Shown piece by piece: positions 18,160 to 27,558 of a stretch of 62,819 nucleotides of DNA. Position numbers and translations under genes: made by a program. The stretch is from a virus. Its lineage: Duplodnaviria; Caudoviricetes. The notes beneath the pieces were generated by a model. It was given only the letters and a program-made list of their open reading frames with translations, was not told where the DNA came from and made no database searches. Location of the stretch: positions 1-62,819 of IMG/VR virus record IMGVR_UViG_3300038549_000020; one strand, written 5' to 3'. How positions within the stretch are numbered: position 1 is the first letter of the stretch; each line of letters begins with the position of its first letter.

Positions 18160-18558
18160 TCAATCTCTCGGCTCGACGACGATCCATGCGTCGTACTCCG
18201 GATAGATCATCTCGTGGGGGTTGAAGTGCTCGTCGAAGTCGAGCTTGACCTTCACCGGAATCTCAAACTCGCCACCGCTGTCATGCCTGCCACTTCTGAT
18301 CTCAACCCCGTTGAGGTCACCGAAGATCAGGTCGCAGCCATCCGGAATCAGATCATCAACCCCGGCGCAGCAGTAGGAGCAGCCGAGTTCGACCCCATCC
18401 CATTCCTCGGCGGGCGCTTCACCACTCAGCACCCACAGATGACCACCGTGACGCTCCACGCAGGAGTGCATCTCCCCTTGGCGCCACGCCTCATCCATCT
18501 CCAACTCTTCCGCGTTGGGTTCTGAGGCTGATGGATCGATCAGATCGAAGCTGATCAC
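18160..18558 (-). CDS. Acidic hypothetical protein (CxxC)
   Basis: ORF with natural composition. Confidence 0.55.
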   Translation of the reverse strand: MISFDLIDPSASEPNAEELEMDEAWRQGEMHSCVERHGGHLWVLSGEAPAEEWDGVELGCSYCCAGVDDLIPDGCDLIFGDLNGVEIRSGRHDSGGEFEIPVKVKLDFDEHFNPHEMIYPEYDAWIVVEPRD

Positions 18559-18768
18559 AGCGATCTCCAGGCGACCGACCAGCCCGGAACATCGCCCGTG
18601 GTGACCAGTTCGGCCATGGCCCTGATCTCGCTGACGTAGTCAGGATCCACGGGGCCGGTGACATCCAACGCGCCAGCGATCAGGCCTCGGACACGCCGGT
18701 GACCAGCTCGCCATCCTCGGTGATCACGATGTACTTCATGGTGTCTCTATCCAGTCCAAGGTGCTGTT

Positions 18769-19728
18769 TCACTTCGAGCTGAAGAGGTCCAGTTGCTCAT
18801 CTGCGGCCTGTGCGGCCGCTACCGCCGCTCTCGCCTTGATGGTTGGCTCCACCGGCGGAATGTCCTCATCACCACTTCGGCGTTTCCTGGTCGATCGTGT
18901 CGACCCCCGAACGCCCGCCCGACCGCCCTGGTCGGCGAGGGCGCGCCGTAGCGCCTCGTACTCCCCGTACCCGCCATCGGAGACGGCCACGGCGAACGCG
19001 TCGAGGACGGGTATCCCCTCAGGGGTAACCATCGTCTCGATGGCCGGCACATTCTCCATCACGAATGTGTGCGGCATGATCTCCGTGATCAGTCGGGCGT
19101 ACTCGAACACCAGGCTGTTGCGGGGGTCCATGACGTTCCGGCGTCCGGCCATGCTGAATCCCTGGCAGGGCGGTCCGCCGATCATCACGGCGACCTCCCC
19201 GACATCCATGCCGATGGCGTTCAGGATCTCGGCACCGGTCAGGTTGCGGATGTCGGCGAGCCAGAAGTGTTCGCAGGCATGCCGCTGAGCATCGGCGTCC
19301 ATGGTGGATATCCACCCCTCACCGACGGTCATGCCGCCGCGAATGAGCGGCCCCACCTGGCCGCGCGGTGCTGATGCCGAGGCGGCGTTGCCCTTGCGCC
19401 GCTTGAGGCCCATGTGGACCTCGCACGCCTCGGCGAACTCCTTCTCTCGCTCCGGAGTGTCGTAGTGGAAGCGGACACCCCCATAGCGGGTATGGCGGCC
19501 CAGGTTGATCGTGTATGTAAGGGCTGCGGAGACGTTCATCTCCACGGCGGCGATCATGTGGAATCCGGCCTGGTGGAAGCCCATGGAGAATCCTCCGGCA
19601 CCGGCGAAGAAGTCGATCCCGACCGGCTTGGTCCGGCGACGTCGGGGTGCTGGCGGGACGAGGAGACCGAGGGGGGATCTGGTCCACCCGTCCTGGCATG
19701 GGTCGTCGACGATCATGTCGTTGTCCAA
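18769..19728 (-). CDS. C5-cytosine methyltransferase, N-terminal catalytic half only
   Basis: Motif I DFFAGAGG, IV GGPPCQGFS, VI MENVP; no motifs VIII-X. Confidence 0.8.
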   Translation of the reverse strand: MDNDMIVDDPCQDGWTRSPLGLLVPPAPRRRRTKPVGIDFFAGAGGFSMGFHQAGFHMIAAVEMNVSAALTYTINLGRHTRYGGVRFHYDTPEREKEFAEACEVHMGLKRRKGNAASASAPRGQVGPLIRGGMTVGEGWISTMDADAQRHACEHFWLADIRNLTGAEILNAIGMDVGEVAVMIGGPPCQGFSMAGRRNVMDPRNSLVFEYARLITEIMPHTFVMENVPAIETMVTPEGIPVLDAFAVAVSDGGYGEYEALRRALADQGGRAGVRGSTRSTRKRRSGDEDIPPVEPTIKARAAVAAAQAADEQLDLFSSK

Positions 19729-19732
19729 TCCA

Positions 19733-19764
19733 ACGCGGGGGCGATATCGATATCGCCCCCGCGT
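19733..19764. repeat. Perfect 32-bp palindrome
   Basis: ACGCGGGGGCGATATC|GATATCGCCCCCGCGT. Confidence 0.9.
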
Positions 19765-19773
19765 CCATGTCGT

Positions 19774-20379
19774 CTACTCCGTGTCCACTGGCGGCTGTGG
19801 AGCTTTCGGTGACCATCTGGCGTTGTCGCGGAGGCGGTCGCGGTAGGTGGGTGGCACGATGCCCCTGGCCCAGAGGTTTCGGGTCACGGTCACCTCCCCG
19901 GTCGGCTGTCCATCGTCATCAAGCCACTCGATGTCATGGCGGCGGCCGCCGAAGCCGTCACCACTTCCTGGTTGCGAGCTGTCCGGCGCGATGGCGTAGC
20001 AGTGGTGGTTGATCACGACGGTCTTGCGGCGCCCAGACGTACGCTCGGCTTCCAGTTCGGCGACGATCGGATCCCAGAACCACTCCGACGCGTTGTAGGT
20101 TCGCGTGAAGGTGATCTTCAGGCGTTCCGATGTCCGATGACGCCTGCCGTCAAAGGTCGCGGTGACGTGCCAGTAGTCCCACATGCCATCGCCGCGCGGC
20201 TTGCTGAAGGCACACAGGCACTTCATGCCGTCCGGCGAGTAGTAGCCGATATCGCGATTGCATCCAGAACCAACGTTCGCGGCACCCCAGTCAAGGATGG
20301 CCTTCCACAGGCCGGCCCTGATCTGTTCGGGGGTGACCGTCTTCGGGTCGATCGTCGTGAGGTCTACAGGAATTGCCAT
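19774..20379 (-). CDS. Hypothetical phage protein
   Basis: GFGGRR...TRNLW.RG.VP...L.DNA motif. Confidence 0.6.
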   Translation of the reverse strand: MAIPVDLTTIDPKTVTPEQIRAGLWKAILDWGAANVGSGCNRDIGYYSPDGMKCLCAFSKPRGDGMWDYWHVTATFDGRRHRTSERLKITFTRTYNASEWFWDPIVAELEAERTSGRRKTVVINHHCYAIAPDSSQPGSGDGFGGRRHDIEWLDDDGQPTGEVTVTRNLWARGIVPPTYRDRLRDNARWSPKAPQPPVDTE

Positions 20380-20442
20380 GGTTTCTCCCCGGGGAAAATG
20401 GCCGACCTGGGGAAGCGCCTAGGTCGGCCATGCTCGTCTCGT

Positions 20443-20982
20443 CTACTCGATCACTGCCGGCTCGCCCAGAGCGGCGGCAATGGCCTCGACGATGCTTCCT
20501 GCGGTCTGGCCGATCTCGGCCTTCGCCGCACTGTCCGCTCGCACGGTCAGCGTGCCCGGCTGACCGCCGGGGACGAACACGAGGCCGGGCACGACCTCGC
20601 CGTCGTCGGCGATGAAGACGGCCTCGCCGTCGCTGTCGAGCTGCTTCATCAGAGCTCTCAGATCCGAGTCGCGGATCCGTGTCTCAAGCGCGTGCGGACG
20701 ACGCTCGGTCGCCCACTTCACCAGGGCGCGCTCGTCCCCGATACGGATCTTCGGCTGGCTGACCGGAAGAATGATCTTGGCAACTCCCGGGATGGTCCAC
20801 GACGGAGCCGTGCCCTGCTTCGTCAGCTCATCGCGGGCGGCCTGGGCCAGTTGCTCGCGGGCCTCGGCGGCACGCTTGGTGGCGGCCGCCGCGACCTGCT
20901 CCCACAGGATGATGTCTCTGGCCAGCTCGGCGCGGGTCGGGGCTGGCGTGGTGCTGGCCTCGGTGATCGCCTGGTCTGTCAT
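20443..20982 (-). CDS. Gp157/Gam-like recombination accessory protein
   Basis: Helical N-terminus, DERALVKW, DGEVVPGL; coupled to the AAA ATPase. Confidence 0.55.
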   Translation of the reverse strand: MTDQAITEASTTPAPTRAELARDIILWEQVAAAATKRAAEAREQLAQAARDELTKQGTAPSWTIPGVAKIILPVSQPKIRIGDERALVKWATERRPHALETRIRDSDLRALMKQLDSDGEAVFIADDGEVVPGLVFVPGGQPGTLTVRADSAAKAEIGQTAGSIVEAIAAALGEPAVIE

Positions 20983-21881
20983 GCCGCAACCTCGCGTCCG
21001 GCCGCCTCGCGACCCTTGGCCTTGATGAGCTCTCCGAGGATGGTGGGCTCTCCCGTGTCGTCCATGACGGGCGCGGCCAGCAGCCCCAGCTGCTCGACAC
21101 GCTTGTACAGGGCGAGCAGGTCGGCGCGGGTGGCGTAGCTGTCAACCGCCTTCTCGACCAGGTCGCTGACGCTCGGCCCACCGGCCACACCGTCATCCAG
21201 CCACGTCTTGATGGTTTCGGCGAAGTCGCGACCGGGCTTCGGGATGATGGCCCCGGATACGGCCGGACACCGTGACTTCGTGACATTCAGCTCGTTGTCG
21301 AGGTCGAGCGAGCCGACGATGTCGAACTCGTATTCGATGCCCTCACGCTGTTCAGCCTTCGTGCCAACTTTGATCATCTGGCGTTTGCCACGCGAGTTCT
21401 CGCCCTCGACCCAGTCGGTCTTGACGCGCATCGTGACGATGACGTGCCCGGGGTAGGCGAGCAGGGCGTCAACCATCTGGCGCTCGTAGGGGCGCATCTC
21501 CTTCCAGCCGGACATGCCGTGTCCGCCGGAGCGCTTGGCGGCGTGGTCGACCTGTTCGAGCATCCCGCCAGCCCCCATCCAGAAGTGGGAGAGGGAGTCG
21601 ACGATCACGACGTCGTAGCCCTGCGCACCAGCGGCGGCCAAGGCCTTGACCAGGACGCGGGGGTCATAGTTGGTGAGATTGAGGCGATTGAATGCGAACT
21701 GGTCGGCGTACTTGCTGGCCGATCCGTGTTCGGTGTCGATGACGGCTACCCGCTCGCCGAGCGTGGTGGCGATGACCAGCGAGGTCCAGGTCTTCCCGGA
21801 TCCGGACGGGCCATCCAGGGCGATCCGGGCCTTGGCCTGCGCCTTGGTGGCGGGCTCGAATTCGAACATCAGGTCACTCAT
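20979..21881 (-). CDS. Sak4-like AAA ATPase/recombinase
   Basis: GPSGSGKT, IDTEHGSA, IVDSLSHFW, QREGIEYEFD, KSRC. Confidence 0.85.
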   Translation of the reverse strand: MSDLMFEFEPATKAQAKARIALDGPSGSGKTWTSLVIATTLGERVAVIDTEHGSASKYADQFAFNRLNLTNYDPRVLVKALAAAGAQGYDVVIVDSLSHFWMGAGGMLEQVDHAAKRSGGHGMSGWKEMRPYERQMVDALLAYPGHVIVTMRVKTDWVEGENSRGKRQMIKVGTKAEQREGIEYEFDIVGSLDLDNELNVTKSRCPAVSGAIIPKPGRDFAETIKTWLDDGVAGGPSVSDLVEKAVDSYATRADLLALYKRVEQLGLLAAPVMDDTGEPTILGELIKAKGREAAGREVAA

Positions 21882-22374
21882 CGCACGCCTCCCTGCTGTT
21901 TCCCTGCTGCTGCTTCTTGGTGACGTGCACGGTGGACCTACCGCCGACGACCCGGTTCACGCATGGAACGTCAGTGAATTCCAAGGCGTCAAGCAGCTGC
22001 TCGTCGTGCTCGCACGGCTCCCCGAAGGGGACGCCCGGGCAGCACCTCTCGCGGGTGTCGATCGCGATGAGCGGCACGGCGCGGACGACCGCCGGCAGGT
22101 TCCAGTCGGTTCGAGTGGTCGAGACTGCGACTTCGCATCCGCAGTCTTCGCCCTTGAGGCAGCCGCACGCCTTCGCGGCGCCGGGGATGATCACGGTGCG
22201 ACTGGCGCGATAGATCGCCTCGGCGCACGCCGCGTTGCCCACGACCATCCCGCCGTTGAGGTGGTACGGGTGCATGTCGCTGTGTGCGTCGAGACGCTGC
22301 CCGCAGTGGGCGCACGGGTCCGCCGTGTCGGCGGTGACCCGCTCACCCGCTCGGGGGAGGGTACTCTGTGTCAC
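21874..22374 (-). CDS. Cys-rich hypothetical protein
   Basis: Several CxxC/CxC clusters; GTG start. Confidence 0.5.
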   Translation of the reverse strand: MTQSTLPRAGERVTADTADPCAHCGQRLDAHSDMHPYHLNGGMVVGNAACAEAIYRASRTVIIPGAAKACGCLKGEDCGCEVAVSTTRTDWNLPAVVRAVPLIAIDTRERCCPGVPFGEPCEHDEQLLDALEFTDVPCVNRVVGGRSTVHVTKKQQQGNSREACDE

Positions 22375-22539
22375 GTTCGGTGGCCTTCCAGATAGGCGTC
22401 GGACGGTTCGGGGTGGATGGTGATGACATCCACCCCGAATGCTTGTGCCAACATCATACCGCCGCTTGGCACACCATGCAATGCGTTTGGCATACCGACA
22501 CGCTTGTGTTGGCCAACGGTGCATGAGACCATCGCAAGC

Positions 22540-22818
22540 ATGACCGACCAGCTCACCAGGGCCGCCGAGGCGTACCGGGCGGCAGCCAACAAGGACGCCG
22601 AGGCCAGAGACGCCCTGGCGGTGGCCAGGAAGCGGCGGGCCGAAACGGCGAGGGCCGTCGAGCGGACGCGCGGGCCGCTCGCCGAAGCGATCATCGCGGC
22701 GACACGGGCCGGAGTCCGCCAGCGGGACATCCTGGCCACCATCGGCGGGGTGTACACCAGGGAGCGGATCCGGCAGATCTGCCGGGCAGCAGGAATCGAC
22801 GCCAACGAGGACCTGTGA
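22540..22818 (+). CDS. Coiled-coil plus HTH regulator, paralog of 15497-15706
   Basis: GVRQRDI...YTRERIRQIC. Confidence 0.75.
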   Translation: MTDQLTRAAEAYRAAANKDAEARDALAVARKRRAETARAVERTRGPLAEAIIAATRAGVRQRDILATIGGVYTRERIRQICRAAGIDANEDL

Positions 22819-22819
22819 C

Positions 22820-23029
22820 ATGCCACTCTCCAGCGACAACGACGAATGGACTGGCGATCCGGAAGCCGACCTGGCTACCCTCATCGCCCGAGCACGCGCC
22901 TCCATGCCCCGAGTCCCACCCAGATCGCCAGTGAGTGCCCTGCCGTCCGGGTGGGACATGGCTATCACCGCGATCCTTCTCATGGTGATGCTTGGGATCC
23001 TCTTCGCCACGGCGGCGGGTGACGCATGA
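22820..23029 (+). CDS. Small C-terminal TM protein
   Basis: Hydrophobic C-terminus. Confidence 0.45.
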   Translation: MPLSSDNDEWTGDPEADLATLIARARASMPRVPPRSPVSALPSGWDMAITAILLMVMLGILFATAAGDA

Positions 23030-23073
23030 CAGACACGCGATAGACATACGTCTCAGCTCCACGTCCGGCATGC

Positions 23074-23403
23074 CTACTCCCGCAACCTCATGACCGCGTC
23101 CCACACGAGCCGCGCCGTGGTCCTGCTCGTGTCGTACCCGGTACACGAGCAGATGCCGACGTGATGGCCGAGGACCGGTCGCAACTCGCACTCGGCGTGG
23201 ATCGGCATGGTGCCGGGGGCGACCGCGAGTCCACCAGCACCGTCGTCGGCGAGATGGTGGCGGATCCATCCACGGTCATCCTCGGCAATCGGCTCACCAC
23301 AGCCGTAGCAGATCTCGCCGACCGGGGCGGCGATCTTGATCGCGCCATCGAGCGCGGGAACTCCCCAGGGCGTGCCGAAGTAGCGCGGGGTGTGGTCAGC
23401 CAT
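23074..23403 (-). CDS. Zn-finger hypothetical protein
   Basis: CYGCGEPI...HAEC...CSC. Confidence 0.6.
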   Translation of the reverse strand: MADHTPRYFGTPWGVPALDGAIKIAAPVGEICYGCGEPIAEDDRGWIRHHLADDGAGGLAVAPGTMPIHAECELRPVLGHHVGICSCTGYDTSRTTARLVWDAVMRLRE

Positions 23404-23725
23404 GGCTTGCCTTGTCGCGGGGCGTCTCGGCTCCGCATTCCAGGCAGGCGTAGCCAGCGGGCGGCACGCCATGACAGGCGGCGCAGGCGGACTGCTGGGT
23501 GAGCGCCCAGGGGTCGTCGATGCCGAGGGCGGCGGCGAGGGCTGCGAGGTCATCGACGGTGACGTGCGCACGTCGACCATTCTCGATTTTCGCGACGGTC
23601 TGGCGGGTCCAGGCCACGCCAGCCGCATTGATGGCGGCTGCGAACTCCTCGGCGGTCTGTCCTCGTATCTGGCGCAGTCGACGGATGTTGGCTGCGACAA
23701 CCGACGACAAGGAATGCTCAGTCAT
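23396..23725 (-). CDS. XRE-family HTH regulator with C-terminal Zn ribbon
   Basis: VAANIRRLR...VAKIENGRR...DDLAALAAALG; CxxC...CxxC. Confidence 0.8.
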   Translation of the reverse strand: MTEHSLSSVVAANIRRLRQIRGQTAEEFAAAINAAGVAWTRQTVAKIENGRRAHVTVDDLAALAAALGIDDPWALTQQSACAACHGVPPAGYACLECGAETPRDKASHG

Positions 23726-24113
23726 GACCCTTCGGCCTTTCGTCTGCGGACGCCTGCTCGCCGCGCTTGATGGTTACCGGGAAATGCTTTCGCAGATCGG
23801 CCAGTATCGCGGACTCGGTACGCCCCCCGATGATCCAGATCCGCATTGGAGGGAGTCCCAGTTTCTCGGTCTCGATCACAATGGGTTCGTCGGCCATGAG
23901 TCGCGCCATGTTCTCGCCGCTCAGCCCGAGGATGAGTGCGGGCAGCCCTTCCGTGGTCTTCCCGGTCGCCTTTGGGTCGAAGTCTTGATGTCCGCAGTCG
24001 CAGGCGTATCCGGCGATGGCGTGGTGGCCACAGTGAGGGCAGCGGCGGAGCACGGCTAAGGGGTCAGGGCTGCCGCAAGCAGCGCATTCGAAGGAGAGGC
24101 ACTGGCTCACCAT
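23718..24113 (-). CDS. Zn-ribbon hypothetical protein
   Basis: Three Cys clusters; LILGLSGENMARL. Confidence 0.55.
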   Translation of the reverse strand: MVSQCLSFECAACGSPDPLAVLRRCPHCGHHAIAGYACDCGHQDFDPKATGKTTEGLPALILGLSGENMARLMADEPIVIETEKLGLPPMRIWIIGGRTESAILADLRKHFPVTIKRGEQASADERPKGHD

Positions 24114-24367
24114 CGGGGCCTCCGCCTGGTCGTTCCCCCTGGCGAGCCCCACATGATCGACAGTGCCGGATATCCGGGACGTCCGCTCAGTCTGGGAAGG
24201 CCGATGGCGACCCCGATGAGGCACCCCGGATAGGTGTTCCATGTGATCCAGCGTCGGTCGGTGGTCCGGTAGCGGACGATTCGAGGCCGACGCCACTCGA
24301 ACCGAAACCAGGCTGGTGGACCGCCGGGGATCGGTTGACGCCAACTGCCCCAGCCATGGACGATCAC
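24107..24367 (-). CDS. Trp-rich hypothetical protein
   Basis: Coupled ORF in the operon. Confidence 0.4.
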   Translation of the reverse strand: MIVHGWGSWRQPIPGGPPAWFRFEWRRPRIVRYRTTDRRWITWNTYPGCLIGVAIGLPRLSGRPGYPALSIMWGSPGGTTRRRPRW

Positions 24368-24672
24368 CTGTCCGCCTCCGCCTGATCGAGTTCGCTCGCC
24401 ATCTCCAGATCTGCCGGATCAACCCTGACCACGAAGTGCTCCCGCCGCGACCGGTCATGCTTGCGGCGGTATCGGGCGACGATCCGACCCGACTTGCGTC
24501 GTGCCCGCTCGCGACTGCCCCACGAGTACCAGGTGCCGCAGTCCATGCTCGGCCACGAGCCCACCGGTACCAGCAGCGTGATCTCCCATCGCCAGCGGCC
24601 GACCCGCTTGACGTCCGCGTATGCCCTGTTGTGCTGCATCACCTCGGGAGCCAACTCAGTCATGGTCACCAC
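24364..24672 (-). CDS. Hypothetical protein
   Basis: Coupled ORF in the operon. Confidence 0.5.
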   Translation of the reverse strand: MVTMTELAPEVMQHNRAYADVKRVGRWRWEITLLVPVGSWPSMDCGTWYSWGSRERARRKSGRIVARYRRKHDRSRREHFVVRVDPADLEMASELDQAEADR

Positions 24673-25255
24673 CTGGACACGTCATGCCGTATGGCACGGT
24701 CAGGCTCATGCCCTCGGTCGGCTCGCCGTGGATCACCGCGAGGATGATCCGCAGAGCGTCCACGATGGGCCCCTGAAGGTCGGTGAGGTCATCGTCGACA
24801 CGCGGTTTCATCCCCCTGGTCCGCGTGGCGAGCCGGAAGACCCCACCAGGCAGGGCGGCGAGCAGGATCCGCCGCTCCACGGAGCCCGGGATGTCGGCCA
24901 GGCTGCGGGGGTCGGCCTCGCGCTCCTCCGGGGTCATGGTGTCGTTGCCCCACGTCTCGACCAGGAGGGCGATCCCGAGTAGCGCCGGCTGACGGAGAAC
25001 CTCCAGGATGGCGACGGCCGACGGGTGTGGCGGATCCACGATGTTGTACGCGAGGTTGAACAGGGCGTGCGGCGGCCTCGGATGCAGGGCGCCCGAGGGC
25101 ATGCAGGGGGTTGCCCCGTACCCCTCCAGGCGGATGGTTGGCCCGAAGGAGCAGCGATGGTAGACGTCGGCGGTCTGCTGGTCCGTGGCGTCATACAGCG
25201 TGTACAGCTCGGGCTGTCCATCCCATCCGCGACGGTGGGCGTCGCGGTCAGACAT
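24656..25255 (-). CDS. Hypothetical protein
   Basis: HRRGWDGQPEL...VETW...LADIPGSVERR. Confidence 0.6.
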   Translation of the reverse strand: MSDRDAHRRGWDGQPELYTLYDATDQQTADVYHRCSFGPTIRLEGYGATPCMPSGALHPRPPHALFNLAYNIVDPPHPSAVAILEVLRQPALLGIALLVETWGNDTMTPEEREADPRSLADIPGSVERRILLAALPGGVFRLATRTRGMKPRVDDDLTDLQGPIVDALRIILAVIHGEPTEGMSLTVPYGMTCPGGDHD

Positions 25256-25814
25256 GACCGTCTCCTCCGATGGGGATGAGGGCATACACCCTGCGGTTCG
25301 GTGACATGCGGTTGTTGCGCTCGTCAACGCCCCGCATCCGCCGGATGGCCGCTTCGGCATCCTCGGCGGTCCGGTACACGGCCTGTGATCCATCAGCGAC
25401 CACGTAGCCGACAGCGATCGACCGCTGCGGGGACCGCTGGTCGGCGGTCAGGATCCCCCGCTCGTAGGCCCTGGCGATCGCGTGAGCCCGGTCGCGGGCG
25501 TCGAGCCGGCGGTACATCCGCCGAGCGTGGGTCTTGACGGTGTCCTCCGAGATGAACAGTTCCCGGGCAATCTCCGAGTTGCTCCTGCCGGCCGCCATGC
25601 CGCGTAGGACGTTGAGCTGACACTCGGTCAGCTCCCCTGGTGGGGCGTACCGGACCTTGTCCCGGTTGGGCTCATAGACCCCGGCTTCCTTGAGGCTGTT
25701 GCGGATCGTCCGACTGGATACTCCGTGCAGGTGTGCGAGATTCGTGACGGTGACCCCGTCCTGGTAGGAGGCGATGACCTCGGGTAGTTGGTCGTCGTTG
25801 AGAGTGGCCATCAC
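25248..25814 (-). CDS. HTH plus LuxR-type HTH regulator
   Basis: LTECQLNVL..MAAGRSNSEIARELFISEDTVKTH...RAHAIARAYERGIL. Confidence 0.9.
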   Translation of the reverse strand: MMATLNDDQLPEVIASYQDGVTVTNLAHLHGVSSRTIRNSLKEAGVYEPNRDKVRYAPPGELTECQLNVLRGMAAGRSNSEIARELFISEDTVKTHARRMYRRLDARDRAHAIARAYERGILTADQRSPQRSIAVGYVVADGSQAVYRTAEDAEAAIRRMRGVDERNNRMSPNRRVYALIPIGGDGHV

Positions 25815-25891
25815 TCGTCGCCCCCGTTGACGGTGTCCTCCGAGATGAACAGTTCCCGGGCAATCTCCGAGTTGGTCTTGCCGTCGGCCAT
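25811..25891 (-). pseudogene. 26-aa LuxR recognition-helix fragment (duplication)
   Basis: 48-nt exact copy (25827-25874) of 25534-25581; MADGKTNSEIARELFISEDTVNGGDE. Confidence 0.6.
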
Positions 25892-25895
25892 GAGG

Positions 25896-26471
25896 TCACT
25901 CGCCATCGTCGACTCCCGCCATGAGGACGGCGTACACGACACGTCGGGGCTGCTGACCGGTGGTGTTGACCCGCTCGGCGTCGGCTGCCGCGGCCCGCCA
26001 GGTGCGGCGGATGCTGCCGACGGGGATGGCGCACCAGCCGAACACCTTCGGTGACGGCACTCCGGGCCGCACCTCGGCGTTCGGAGTGGTATCGACATGG
26101 CGCTCCACGGTGAGGATTCCCCGCTGGTAGGCGGCGGCGATGGCGCGGGTGCGGCTGCGTCGCGCGGGGGGTATCCCCAGGATCTCGTAGATCCTCTTCA
26201 TCGCCGATTTGATCGTGTCGACCGGCATGCTGAGGTCGACCGAGATCTGGCGGTCGGTTCGCCCGTTGGCCACGAGTTCGAGCAGCGCCCGATCACGGTT
26301 AGTGATCACATACTGCCGGGGCCGCTCTTTCGGGTAGATGCCAGCCTGATGGAGATGATTACGGACCGTGCGGCGAGCCAGACCGTGATGGGCGGCGAGG
26401 TCGCTGATGGTGACCCCATCCAGCCACTCTGACACCATCTCCGCACGTAGCCCGGTGGTGACCCTGCCCAT
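25896..26471 (-). CDS. HTH plus LuxR-type HTH regulator (paralog)
   Basis: LVANGRTDRQIS...DTIKS...RAIAAAYQRGIL. Confidence 0.85.
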   Translation of the reverse strand: MGRVTTGLRAEMVSEWLDGVTISDLAAHHGLARRTVRNHLHQAGIYPKERPRQYVITNRDRALLELVANGRTDRQISVDLSMPVDTIKSAMKRIYEILGIPPARRSRTRAIAAAYQRGILTVERHVDTTPNAEVRPGVPSPKVFGWCAIPVGSIRRTWRAAAADAERVNTTGQQPRRVVYAVLMAGVDDGE

Positions 26472-26839
26472 CAGTCGTCACCCCAGTCGGACGGGTCGTC
26501 GTCGCCCTGGTCGTCGTCATCCTCGGCGGGATCGCTGTCACACCGACTGCCGGCCAGGCAGCCGGCGCAGTAGCAAGACTCGCGGCGGGTCAGCTCCTCC
26601 TGGGCCGCCACCTCCAGCATTCCGGCGGCGGTGAGGACCTGCTCCAGGATCACGCTGGCAAGGCCGGCGGCGGCGTCTTCCAGGGCGATGGCGTCACCGG
26701 TGAGGGCGGCCTGGTAGGCGGCGACCCACAGGTGCGCCGTTGGTGATGCCTGGCCGCGTCGGGCGGGGGTGGCGACGAGGCCGCTGGGTGGCGCGTCGGG
26801 GCGGACCACCTCGGTACGGGCGGGGGGGCGGTCAGCCAT
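26471..26839 (-). CDS. Hypothetical protein (CxCxxC, acidic tail)
   Basis: Coupled ORF. Confidence 0.5.
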   Translation of the reverse strand: MADRPPARTEVVRPDAPPSGLVATPARRGQASPTAHLWVAAYQAALTGDAIALEDAAAGLASVILEQVLTAAGMLEVAAQEELTRRESCYCAGCLAGSRCDSDPAEDDDDQGDDDPSDWGDD

Positions 26840-26929
26840 GGCGAACCGCCAGGTTATCCGTACGGCCGATGCCGTGCTGACCTCGCGCACTGGACGAGAT
26901 CTCATCTGTCTGGTCAATCATGTGTGCTC

Positions 26930-27310
26930 CTAGATCGTTCCCGCCGCGCCGAAATCGGGCAGCACCGGCTGCCCGTCGAGCCGTCCCCACAGGTGCAGGC
27001 AGTGCTCATGGAGGTTGATGTGGGCCGAGGGTGGCGCGAACACCTGATAGGCCCAACCGTCGCCGAAGACGGCCCGGTGCATGAGCACCAGGTCGTCGTA
27101 GTCGGGGACCCGTCCGGCGCGGGACATCGACGCGTGGATCCACTCCGCGTCGTCATAAGGGGCGCAGGAGGCGATGATCCGCGCGGACCGGTCGCGGCGG
27201 TCGAAGTACCAACCGTCCTCGCCGTACCTGGACGGTGGCCACCAGTCGCGGCCAAGGATCTGGCGCACCCGGACGGCATCGATGTTGGTTGGTGGGCGGC
27301 GGTCGCTCAT
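26930..27310 (-). CDS. Conserved hypothetical phage protein
   Basis: WIHASMS...PDYDDL...HINLHEHCLHLW motif. Confidence 0.7.
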   Translation of the reverse strand: MSDRRPPTNIDAVRVRQILGRDWWPPSRYGEDGWYFDRRDRSARIIASCAPYDDAEWIHASMSRAGRVPDYDDLVLMHRAVFGDGWAYQVFAPPSAHINLHEHCLHLWGRLDGQPVLPDFGAAGTI

Positions 27311-27516
27311 CGTCGTCCCCCTTTCTTGCGGATCTCGTAACGGATGCCGGACCCACCGGCCAGGAGCAGGTCGGACAGGGTCATGAGTGAGGCGTCGAGG
27401 GCTGCCATGATCCAGGTGCGGTACCACCGCGCGGCGACCTCGGTCGCGGGTGGCTGCGGCACCATCCACACCCGCCAGCGGCGGGTCAGGGGGTTGCGCG
27501 GGGGGCCGAGGATCAC
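27307..27516 (-). CDS. Hypothetical protein
   Basis: Coupled ORF. Confidence 0.4.
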   Translation of the reverse strand: MILGPPRNPLTRRWRVWMVPQPPATEVAARWYRTWIMAALDASLMTLSDLLLAGGSGIRYEIRKKGGRR

Positions 27517-27558
27517 CGCGGCCTCCCAGTGGGGACGACGACGCGGTCGACCAGCTGC

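Noticed and set aside
25534-25874. 48-nt repeat pair as a DGR template/variable repeat or att sites
   Set aside because: No reverse transcriptase is visible, differences are not adenine-specific, and the pair is far from the integrase; it is best read as local duplication.
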